DNA of 64,000 nt from a virus, in IMG/VR virus record IMGVR_UViG_3300021977_000001; one strand, 5' to 3'. Within the stretch, counting starts at the first letter, position 1, and each line of letters starts with the position of its first letter. Under the pieces are notes generated by a model, which saw nothing but the letters and a program-made list of their open reading frames with translations, had not been told where the DNA came from and did not search any database. Below are positions 56,898 to 64,000 of this stretch, in pieces. The translations under genes and the position numbers were made by a program.

Positions 56898-57464
56898 TTA
56901 CAATTCATCAACATCATCCCCGTACAGTGAAGCGGTGGCTATGTTTGGTTTTTTATTACTAGATGGGACGGCGTCTAACTCAATAGGATCATAACCGTAT
57001 TTAACCAACACGCGGTTCCATTCTTGTAATGCCTCAGGGTTAACTCTTTCACGCCCTACATAACTCAGAAGTCCTTGCCTTAGGTAATTCTGTCCCATCA
57101 TGGGGTGTGCATCACCTTTCTGCTTAGCCACAACAGCTATGGTGGTTAACGAGTCTTTACTGTTCTCATTAATACGTGTATTACGGCGATTAAGTAAAGG
57201 CGGTACAGTGAATACCACGCTACCATTACTTACCACATCGACAGGGTTATACGGGCCTTTAGATATCGCCAGCCATGGGTTCATGTCTAACGGTTCATCG
57301 TGCTCCTGCCCTAATGCGGGTAAAAAGGTACGGACAAACAAATCTAAGTCTATAGTAGGCTTAGCTTCTACTCCCTCATTTAATACACGCATGGCTTCTC
57401 GTGTGGTGTCATCTAACAGTATACTGTCATTGATCTTGCGTTGTTTAGCTTTTGCATCATCCAT
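56898..57464 (-). CDS. conserved core protein (phiKZ gp64-like)
   Basis: FVRTFLP..., WLAISKGPYNPVDVV...VFTVPPL; synteny. Confidence 0.6.
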   Translation of the reverse strand: MDDAKAKQRKINDSILLDDTTREAMRVLNEGVEAKPTIDLDLFVRTFLPALGQEHDEPLDMNPWLAISKGPYNPVDVVSNGSVVFTVPPLLNRRNTRINENSKDSLTTIAVVAKQKGDAHPMMGQNYLRQGLLSYVGRERVNPEALQEWNRVLVKYGYDPIELDAVPSSNKKPNIATASLYGDDVDEL

Positions 57465-57876
57465 TGTTTAGCTCCGCTATATTCTGGACTACTGAATTAA
57501 TCAAACTTACCTGTCTACCTACGTTATAGCTAATATCGCCACGTCTGACGATAAGTTCGGTCACTATCTCATACTGCGCCTCATTATCCTCATCGCGCGT
57601 TATATTTGCGCTAACTTCTACAGAGTCAAAATAACGATTAAACAACGTTGTTAGCGTGCTTTGAATACGCAGTAGCATAGTCTGCTCATCGTGACCGTTT
57701 TCTTGAATGATGTAAGCAAGTGAGGATATCTTACCGTAGTAGAGGTTGGATTGAGAATACTGACTTAAAAAGAAATAAGCCAATAGATAGTCACAGGTCT
57801 GTGGTACTGAATGAACAAACCCATCTACAGTAAGAGTAGGTAAAACCTTTTTAGTCATGGTGTCGTATCCTAACAA
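57457..57876 (-). CDS. conserved core protein (phiKZ gp63-like)
   Basis: LPTLTVDGFV...DYLLAYFFLSQYSQS; synteny. Confidence 0.6.
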   Translation of the reverse strand: MLGYDTMTKKVLPTLTVDGFVHSVPQTCDYLLAYFFLSQYSQSNLYYGKISSLAYIIQENGHDEQTMLLRIQSTLTTLFNRYFDSVEVSANITRDEDNEAQYEIVTELIVRRGDISYNVGRQVSLINSVVQNIAELNNG

Positions 57877-57912
57877 AAAAGAAAGATGGTCAACCCACCT
57901 TTCTTATTTAGA

Positions 57913-58524
57913 TTATAGACTTGCGTTAAATGGACTAGTAGGGTCTTCTTTGTTCTCCTCGATAGCGGCTTTAACGCTATCCCAAGTACGTAGAATGGCT
58001 ACTTGATCGTCAATATCTAACTCATCGCCTTCTTTGATCTCGTCAAAGTATTGGACACTTACTAGCTCATCATCCTGCTCCATCACCATACCGTCCACAA
58101 CACGACGATAATCGTAATGCTGTTCCCCAACATCACCAGGATGCATGTCAACATACGTGTCAGTATAGCCCTCACATCGCTGCTGATGATACATCTTACG
58201 TATAGTAGGCTCTGCCATAATCCAACGCTGCATAGTTAGATTTGCATGTTGCAATTCACCAATGTCTAACATCGGATAGATGCCTTCTTTGGTCCACAGA
58301 CTATCTACTTTACGTTTGACTGCTTTAGCCAGACGCATGGCTTCTGAGCTATTAAAGGAATCAAAGGTCTGACGTGCTAAATCAACGTAGTGTTGAGCGC
58401 CTTGACTGACTTGGGCTGAGAACTGATCTAGTTGCTGAGATAAAAACCCAGTTAAGTTTGGGCTTGGTGCGCTATAGGCCACAGCCCTGAATGTCTCGGG
58501 ACCGCCTTCTATAATCACAGGCAT
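57913..58524 (-). CDS. conserved core protein (phiKZ gp62-like)
   Basis: MQRWIMAEP, CEGYTDTYVD, YDYRRVVDG, EDPTSPFNASL. Confidence 0.7.
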   Translation of the reverse strand: MPVIIEGGPETFRAVAYSAPSPNLTGFLSQQLDQFSAQVSQGAQHYVDLARQTFDSFNSSEAMRLAKAVKRKVDSLWTKEGIYPMLDIGELQHANLTMQRWIMAEPTIRKMYHQQRCEGYTDTYVDMHPGDVGEQHYDYRRVVDGMVMEQDDELVSVQYFDEIKEGDELDIDDQVAILRTWDSVKAAIEENKEDPTSPFNASL

Positions 58525-58601
58525 AGATTAGCTCCTTGTTATTAAGGTTAAAGGGTTTCATACTCTTAATGGAGCATGTAAGTTTAGATAGATTACCTAT
58601 C

Positions 58602-58634
58602 CGGCATAAGGCGGGGTAGGCGAATGCCTACCCC
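58602..58634 (-). terminator. hairpin + TTATGCCGG terminator
   Basis: GGGGTAGGC / GCCTACCCC. Confidence 0.65.
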
Positions 58635-58640
58635 TAGCGA

Positions 58641-59102
58641 TTATGCGTCTCTTTGAAATAAGAACGCTTTATCTTTGTCGGTTAAGGATGTTAAGTAATC
58701 AACGGTAACTAATTGTAGATTACGCGTACGGCTATTTATAGCAGTAGCATGTAGAGTCTCAATAAACTCTTGTTGGTTGATGTTTTTAGCATCAATAGGA
58801 AGTAAGGTAAAGTGTAATATACCTGGCTTAACGGTGTTATTAATTTCGCTAATAACTTCTAATGCGGTTAGAGGAACATGGTGTGTAAACAAACCACAGA
58901 ATCCTTTAAAGGCGTTAATTAACGCATCTGTGTAACCTACTGCGTCACATAGTACAACAATATCCTGCTCGCCCTTCCCTATGTTCTTAGGGTTAAGTGC
59001 TTGGATGTGGATTGCATCTTGGCTATCGCCCTTAGGTAGGGTGTCAAGTAAACTGCTGACTTCATCATGATGCTGGATGATAGGCTTAAATATAGTGTTC
59101 AT
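58641..59102 (-). CDS. hypothetical protein
   Basis: 153-aa ORF with GAGG RBS. Confidence 0.6.
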   Translation of the reverse strand: MNTIFKPIIQHHDEVSSLLDTLPKGDSQDAIHIQALNPKNIGKGEQDIVVLCDAVGYTDALINAFKGFCGLFTHHVPLTALEVISEINNTVKPGILHFTLLPIDAKNINQQEFIETLHATAINSRTRNLQLVTVDYLTSLTDKDKAFLFQRDA

Positions 59103-59297
59103 GTTAACCTCTTTAATTAATGTTCTCGTTTAAGACGATGGCATGTTACTTAGTCCATTAGATAATATATGGTTGAAAATAAGTGGATTACTATCACATA
59201 GTTCACATCGGCATAACTGCTAATCAGGCAGAGGCACGGGTAGGTAAGTTAATGGGATAGGTCATATTATACTTAATTAGATGTATAAATTTACACG

Positions 59298-59339
59298 ACG
59301 GCATAACCACCATACCCGACGCTAGGTCAGATATGGTGA
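59298..59339 (-). terminator. hairpin + TTATGCCGT terminator
   Basis: CACCATA / TATGGTG imperfect stem. Confidence 0.55.
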
Positions 59340-59344
59340 CTATA

Positions 59345-60157
59345 TCACTTAGCTTCTTTGACCGTTAGGTAACTATCGACTAATGCTTTCTTAGCTACAG
59401 CTAGATTGAACCCATGTAGACCATAGAGTTCTACTTCTTTTGCTGTAAGGTAAACTGCGTCTATCAGTGCTGATAGGGTGGTACCTTTATAACTATAGAC
59501 ATCGGGTTGACTTTTAATGCGTTCCATCAAAAGAGATAGATGTTCTGAAAGCTCTGTAACAGAAGCAAGGACTTCGCTATTAGGTTCACGTTGATACTGC
59601 TCGTCGAGCATGTTAACCGTACTAATGATACCTTTCCAGTCACTGTTACGTGCTACTGCTTCACCATAGGTGATCTTATCGCCTTTGTCATCTGCATCTA
59701 CCGCTTTGTTAAAACGGGCTTTCAATGCTTCCACGTCCACTGTCTTATAGTTGACCGGAAACGCTTGAGTAAGACGTTTAGGTTCTGCAAGCATTTGGGC
59801 CACGGTGCGTTTAAGCGGAGCTAGTAGACGTTTCTCAATATCAGCAATCTCGTCCTGAAAATCAGACAGCATTTCAACATAGTCGATATAGCTACCGCGC
59901 ATGCCTGTTGGACGATAGATTGCAATGGGTGAAAGGCTTACGTAATTGGTGTCGTGCAAAAGCTTTTCAAATGCCTTGGGGTGAAGTTCTTGACTAGGTG
60001 TTTCACCTTTAGTCATGTTGATATCACTTGTTACTTTCTCACGTAGCTGTTCTAAAAACTGCGGTATACGATTGAAAAACGACGTACTCTCAGCTTTAGC
60101 TTCCACCGAAGCAATGACAGCAAGTGTTTTAAATGAAAGTTTACCTGGAATAACCAT
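59345..60157 (-). CDS. conserved phiKZ-like protein
   Basis: YVSLSPIAIYRPTGMRGSYIDY family pattern; N-terminal SVE site. Confidence 0.6.
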   Translation of the reverse strand: MVIPGKLSFKTLAVIASVEAKAESTSFFNRIPQFLEQLREKVTSDINMTKGETPSQELHPKAFEKLLHDTNYVSLSPIAIYRPTGMRGSYIDYVEMLSDFQDEIADIEKRLLAPLKRTVAQMLAEPKRLTQAFPVNYKTVDVEALKARFNKAVDADDKGDKITYGEAVARNSDWKGIISTVNMLDEQYQREPNSEVLASVTELSEHLSLLMERIKSQPDVYSYKGTTLSALIDAVYLTAKEVELYGLHGFNLAVAKKALVDSYLTVKEAK

Positions 60158-60169
60158 CGTTAACGATCC

Positions 60170-60589
60170 TTAAATAGAATGAGTGGGGTATACATACGAT
60201 GGTGTATCTAGCTGCTGATTTACCCACTCTACTAGCGTCTCTTTATCTAGCGACGCTAGATCTACCCGTAGGTCAATAACCTTTGCCACATCCCATCCTA
60301 GATAGTTAGCCACCTGGAATCCCTGCTCACCTTTAACAACTGCTTTACTCACTAAACCCTTTTCAAGTAACCAATCTCGCTGACTTTTAGAAGGTAGGTC
60401 TCCATCGTATAAAGGCCCACGTTTGATAATAGCGTCTAGCGTGTCTGCGGCATGTTTGACGGCCTGCTTAGCTAGTAGAATAGTATCTATAGCTTCGGTT
60501 ATTACTTCAGGCTCATCATCAAATAGCTCAGGTGGGGTGAAAAGGGCATTAAATAGCGTGTTGATTGCTTGATCTTGTTGGTCGCTCAT
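60170..60589 (-). CDS. hypothetical phage protein (GPLYDGDLPSKSQRDWL pattern)
   Basis: 139-aa ORF with AAGGA RBS. Confidence 0.6.
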   Translation of the reverse strand: MSDQQDQAINTLFNALFTPPELFDDEPEVITEAIDTILLAKQAVKHAADTLDAIIKRGPLYDGDLPSKSQRDWLLEKGLVSKAVVKGEQGFQVANYLGWDVAKVIDLRVDLASLDKETLVEWVNQQLDTPSYVYPTHSI

Positions 60590-60625
60590 GAATCTTCCTT
60601 AATAAAAAACAAATAGATAAAGTTA

Positions 60626-60643
60626 AGGGGACCTAAGTCCCCT
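60626..60643 (-). terminator. hairpin terminator
   Basis: AGGGGAC / GTCCCCT followed by T-rich sequence on the minus strand. Confidence 0.55.
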
Positions 60644-60655
60644 AGTCGTACGATG

Positions 60656-61078
60656 TTATTCTACGGATGCGCTGTCTTCTAGATCATCACGGTCTAGTAT
60701 TTCAATAGTGACAATAACGCCCGTTCTGTTTACATCAGCCTCGTAGATAAGGCGTAGAGAGGTTAACTCTAATTCTAACTGCGCCTTTAATTGGTCGATG
60801 AGTTCTTCATCATCCCACTCCTCTATCATGGCTTTAAGTTTATCATTAGCCATGTTAGCAATATCCTGATAGCCAGCATCGTTAGCTAAAGGAACCGCTT
60901 CAACTTTATCCAGCGTGTCAACAATCAAATTAGAGATAGTTTTGAGTGAACACGGATAAGGCAGGTTGATGTCAAAGCTGGGAGAGGTTATCCAACCCAT
61001 AGGGGTATTAAACTCCAAGCGTTTAATTAAGCTTGTTAATTTAATAGAGAGTACACAAGGTTGTTCTAGGTTTACCAT
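60656..61078 (-). CDS. hypothetical protein
   Basis: 140-aa ORF. Confidence 0.6.
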   Translation of the reverse strand: MVNLEQPCVLSIKLTSLIKRLEFNTPMGWITSPSFDINLPYPCSLKTISNLIVDTLDKVEAVPLANDAGYQDIANMANDKLKAMIEEWDDEELIDQLKAQLELELTSLRLIYEADVNRTGVIVTIEILDRDDLEDSASVE

Positions 61079-61091
61079 AACAAGGGCTTCC

Positions 61092-61490
61092 TTATTTAAT
61101 TATAGGTTGACGAATTAACAATTTAACGGAATACGCATTACATAATGCGATGAATTTAGATTCGACCACTTTATCTAGATATTCGTCTATGACGATCATG
61201 GTAGACTGCTGGTCTCTTTTATGCGATTGCAGGTAGCTAACTAGCCACCGGTAAGGGTCATCGCTATCGACATCATAAGCGAACGTACCTGGACTGTATT
61301 CGCTTACTATAGATGATAGAGTTAGATTACCGAAATATATAACAGTATCCAGACTAAAGTGGCTAACAATCTCTTTAATGTCATAGTCGGCATTGACGCC
61401 AATATAGCTTACTAAGGGCAGGTATGTAGCACCGTTGCGTCTATAGCGGTAACGTTGATAAGTGGCATAGATAGTATCTATTAGGGACAT
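61092..61490 (-). CDS. hypothetical protein (probably early)
   Basis: 132-aa ORF after a TATATTAC motif. Confidence 0.6.
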   Translation of the reverse strand: MSLIDTIYATYQRYRYRRNGATYLPLVSYIGVNADYDIKEIVSHFSLDTVIYFGNLTLSSIVSEYSPGTFAYDVDSDDPYRWLVSYLQSHKRDQQSTMIVIDEYLDKVVESKFIALCNAYSVKLLIRQPIIK

Positions 61491-61525
61491 GAAATTCTCA
61501 CTATATATAGTTTATAATCACATCG

Positions 61526-61535
61526 GTAATATAGG
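61526..61535 (-). promoter_or_regulatory. early promoter motif (CCTATATTAC)
   Basis: Exact TATATTAC, intergenic. Confidence 0.55.
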
Positions 61536-61570
61536 TCTATAGATATTTGGATCTTAAGTAAAAAAGAAAG

Positions 61571-61604
61571 ACGGCATAACAGGACCACCGGTATCGGTGG
61601 TCCT
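61571..61604 (-). terminator. hairpin + TTATGCCGT terminator
   Basis: AGGACCACCG / CGGTGGTCCT perfect 10-bp stem. Confidence 0.75.
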
Positions 61605-61610
61605 TATTGT

Positions 61611-62120
61611 TTACATCAAACTAGCCACTGTCACCCCATGGTTGTCTTTAAGATCTAGTATATCGTCACTTGCAAAGTTATGGCCACCACGTGCCATCTC
61701 GTGAGCCACGGTCCATCCGGAGTCGTTAGCCAGTTTGAGTACGTTGCTGTCTTCAGGAAACTGATATCCATTAACAGCCATGGTGTGGGCTATGGTCCAC
61801 CCCGACACATTGGCAAAGATAATACACTCATTGCTCTCTGTGAACATATAACCCTGCTCAGCCATTACTGCTGCAACTGTCTGGCCAAGATCATTGCTTA
61901 GTTTCAATGCGGGATGATCTTCTGGAAAAACAAACCCTGCATTAGCCATCTCATGGGCGACCGTCCACCCTGCATTTGTTGCTAGATGCAGTAAAGGTGA
62001 TTCTAATGGAAAGATGTAACCACGACGTGCCATGATGTGGGCTACGCTGAGTCCGTTTCCGGTCGATTCTTTTTGTTCTGCAATAAATTCAACAACAGAC
62101 ATTGCTTTATTAAAATCCAT
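61611..62120 (-). CDS. ankyrin-like repeat protein (28-aa repeats)
   Basis: Start MDFNKAM (62120, AAGGA RBS); five GxTVAHxMAxxGyxFpedsxxLxLxNxx repeats plus a partial sixth. Confidence 0.75.
   Translation of the reverse strand: MDFNKAMSVVEFIAEQKESTGNGLSVAHIMARRGYIFPLESPLLHLATNAGWTVAHEMANAGFVFPEDHPALKLSNDLGQTVAAVMAEQGYMFTESNECIIFANVSGWTIAHTMAVNGYQFPEDSNVLKLANDSGWTVAHEMARGGHNFASDDILDLKDNHGVTVASLM
61614..62054 (-). repeat. tandem ~84-bp coding repeats
   Basis: GLSVAH/GWTVAH/GQTVAA/GWTIAH/GWTVAH/GVTVAS spaced 28,28,28,28,27 aa. Confidence 0.8.
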
Positions 62121-62130
62121 AATCTTTTCC

Positions 62131-62565
62131 TTACACTGGTGATAGAACACGTGTTTTACACAATACATCGGCGTCATCAGGACCCCAGAAATCCCATATA
62201 CCTTTAATATATGGTTCAGCCCAAGCACGACGTGCCTTATGGGTATCGACTTCAGGGGTATATGCGCCTAACTCTTGCATCTCATTAAAGAAACCTTCAC
62301 CAGGAAGCCCTGTATGGTTTCCTGAGCTTCTAACGACTAACGCAGTAAGCCATGGTTGCTGCCGCTCCCAACACCACTGGTTAACCCGCTCAAGCGTCGG
62401 ACTCAACACTTTACCTAGCGCCATGTTAGGTACATTGTACCCTAGGCGTTCGGCTAACTCACTGTAGTAGATAGTTCTACGTTGCATTGCCAGACGTATC
62501 AACATGCGTGTGGTGGTGAGTTGTCTCTTTTGATCTACAGTGTAGATACTTTTCTTACGTGCCAT
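62131..62565 (-). CDS. small wHTH-type protein (IYYSELA...LTALVV...GLPGEGFF family)
   Basis: Family pattern recognised; GGAG RBS. Confidence 0.55.
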   Translation of the reverse strand: MARKKSIYTVDQKRQLTTTRMLIRLAMQRRTIYYSELAERLGYNVPNMALGKVLSPTLERVNQWCWERQQPWLTALVVRSSGNHTGLPGEGFFNEMQELGAYTPEVDTHKARRAWAEPYIKGIWDFWGPDDADVLCKTRVLSPV

Positions 62566-62662
62566 TATAATGACTCCATTGTAAATACCTGGCTTTCAAT
62601 GAAAGCACCTACGGTATTTGGGTTTAATAAAGCATACAGACCCTTTCTACATGCCATTCCAT

Positions 62663-62860
62663 TTATTCTGGTTTAACCGGCACCTTAGGGCCTTTCTTCA
62701 ACCAGTTATCTATTGTACTTACTACCGGTTTAGGCATACCTACGCAACCTGAGACTTTAGAAGGCTCTTGAAGCGATAAGATACCATAGTGTGGTGATAG
62801 TCTGTACATCTTACGCATCATCTCCTTATCAATAATAAGAAGAAGATTTAAAGCATCGCC
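62663..62860 (-). CDS. non-virion RNAP beta' (phiKZ gp55/56.1-like), 3' exon
   Basis: Begins GGC GAT GCT (GDALN), completing NADFD|GD after splicing. Confidence 0.85.
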   Translation of the reverse strand, partial: GDALNLLLIIDKEMMRKMYRLSPHYGILSLQEPSKVSGCVGMPKPVVSTIDNWLKKGPKVPVKPE

Positions 62861-63272
62861 CGATGCCATTCCGTCTAACATAGTTAGATTTTCAAGTAGA
62901 ACGCCACCTCTACCCCTAGCTTATGTTGGTAAGCCAGTTCCGATACTTTCACACCGGTCGAGACTATATCTTCCCTTACATGGTGTAAGGGCTTCCCGTT
63001 TCGATTTAAAGGCTAACGCCTACCCGCTTGGGCCCTACTCTACTCACTGCCAATTATATTGACGCTTTCGATAGTCGTTGAACACACTCCATCATCTTTA
63101 CATGTTAAGGAGCTTCGCTGCGACGATTACCCAATTCCTATAGGTTTTTACCATGCCTGCTACTTCCATTACTGGAGCAGGTATTAACCTACCTTTCGGT
63201 GGTTAAGGGGTACTATAAGACTCTAAGGGTGTTCCCGCAATTAGAGAAGTTTTACTTCGACAAGCAAAGCTA
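62861..63272 (-). mobile_element. ORF-less group I intron (412 nt) in the NADFDGD codons
   Basis: Exon ends in U, intron ends in G; P1 UUCGAU/GUCGAA; P element AAUUGCGGGAA; R GUUCAACGACUA; S AAGAUAUAGUC (P7 GACUA/UAGUC); splicing restores the frame. Confidence 0.9.
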
Positions 63273-64000
63273 ATCGAAATCAGCGTTGGGGCCAGACAGG
63301 CTGAGGACGCTCATGGAGATAGTTTGTATATTTGGATCCTTAATGATCTTAGTAACTCGCATGAACTGCGCAGACAACCGATGTAACGAGGGATTACGCT
63401 GGAGGATTGTTGGTATTCCTTTGCGTTTCTGATTAGTCTGAGCATGCTCAGCATATTCGTCAATCTCAGGCGCTTCAGCAATAAGCTCTTCTAGAAGCTG
63501 ATCAACCAATGGATGGTACTGGCTGATTGACTCTTGAAGTAGAGAAGCAGCACCGCGAGGTGTGTATCCTAGCTTCATTAACTTATTAGTTAGATGTGTA
63601 CGCAAAAGACCTACTGACAGACCCCATGGAAGATGTATCTCATCGTACTCGTGGGACTCACTCAACGACACGATAACTGCACGGGCGGTATAGTGAAGTC
63701 GTCCTGATATCTTGTGTTTACGGATAAACCCATCTTTAGACGCTATACGTGTCTTGTACGTCTCCTCGTAATAGTTAGAAATCTGCTTAACACACTTAAG
63801 TGTTCGATTCTCCAACTGTTTAGGCATCAGAGGCTTGATAGCCTGTTTAATAGACGACATCGTTCTTACTGCATTAATAGCAAGTGAGGTAGATGTATCT
63901 GATGTTAACGTAGAGTCGTTTTGTTCCGTAACGAACGCCACCTTAGATGGAATAGGCAGGTATTCGCTAAAGATACAATGACGATACTTGCGCATGGTCA
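63273..64000 (-). CDS. non-virion RNAP beta' (phiKZ gp55-like), 5' exon, truncated by the window edge
   Basis: GFIRKHKISGRLHYTARAVI, LQRNPSLHRLS, GPNADFD; frame still open upstream of ATG 63995. Confidence 0.9.

Noticed and set aside
57100-57471. 123-aa plus-strand ORF (and similar short antisense or nested ORFs throughout the track)
   Set aside because: They overlap recognisable conserved genes on the opposite strand or in another frame, with no independent support.
4766-61604. Repeated ACGGCATA plus palindromes as a CRISPR array or IS ends
   Set aside because: Copies are dispersed singly at gene ends with unrelated stems; no regular repeat-spacer period, no cas genes, no transposase.
62663-62881. 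72-aa ORF as an independent gene, and the stop after NADFD (63270) as a pseudogene or sequencing error
   Set aside because: Both are explained by the group I intron; splicing restores NADFDGDALN in frame.
62861-63272. Homing endonuclease inside the intron
   Set aside because: The 412 nt are taken up by ribozyme core and short peripheral stems; no ORF of adequate length and no HNH, GIY-YIG or LAGLIDADG motif.
1-64000. Stop-codon reassignment or alternative genetic code
   Set aside because: All recognisable core genes are full length under the standard bacterial code; the only interruption is the intron.
63273-64000. Chimallin (nuclear shell) gene in this window
   Set aside because: No ORF here has the size or position expected. 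By phiKZ synteny it would lie just beyond the right edge, upstream of this beta' gene.

Overview
This window is a 64-kb segment of a phiKZ-like (Chimalliviridae, nucleus-forming) jumbo phage genome, mostly transcribed on the minus strand. From right to left it holds: the 3' part of a non-virion RNAP beta' gene split by an ORF-less group I intron inside the NADFDGD motif; an accessory cluster (wHTH protein, 28-aa ankyrin-like repeat protein); the core block equivalent to phiKZ gp62-gp75 (SbcD/Mre11 nuclease, SSB-like protein, sigma-like gp68, PicA/Imp1-like gp69, nvRNAP beta and beta', SF2 helicase); a virion RNAP beta' subunit; accessory genes (DarG-like macrodomain, lipoprotein lytic transglycosylase, transglutaminase-like proteins); the exonuclease subunit of the split family-B DNA polymerase; a gp84-gp101-like structural block; and a metabolic/accessory arm (endonuclease I with signal peptide, NADAR, thyA, dcd, HDOD-like protein). 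The ThyA, EndA and HDOD types suggest a Vibrionales/Alteromonadales/Aeromonadales-like host (inference). Highlights missed by the ORF track are a 49-aa gene resembling a free-standing ribonucleotide reductase C-terminal redox tail (DDCEGGACKI) with its own early promoter and terminator, a ~300-nt highly base-paired non-coding element at 16.57-16.87 kb, a 30-aa basic microprotein, and a recurrent hairpin+TATGCCGT termination motif. The phiKZ gp assignments rest on recalled motifs and synteny, not on database searches.
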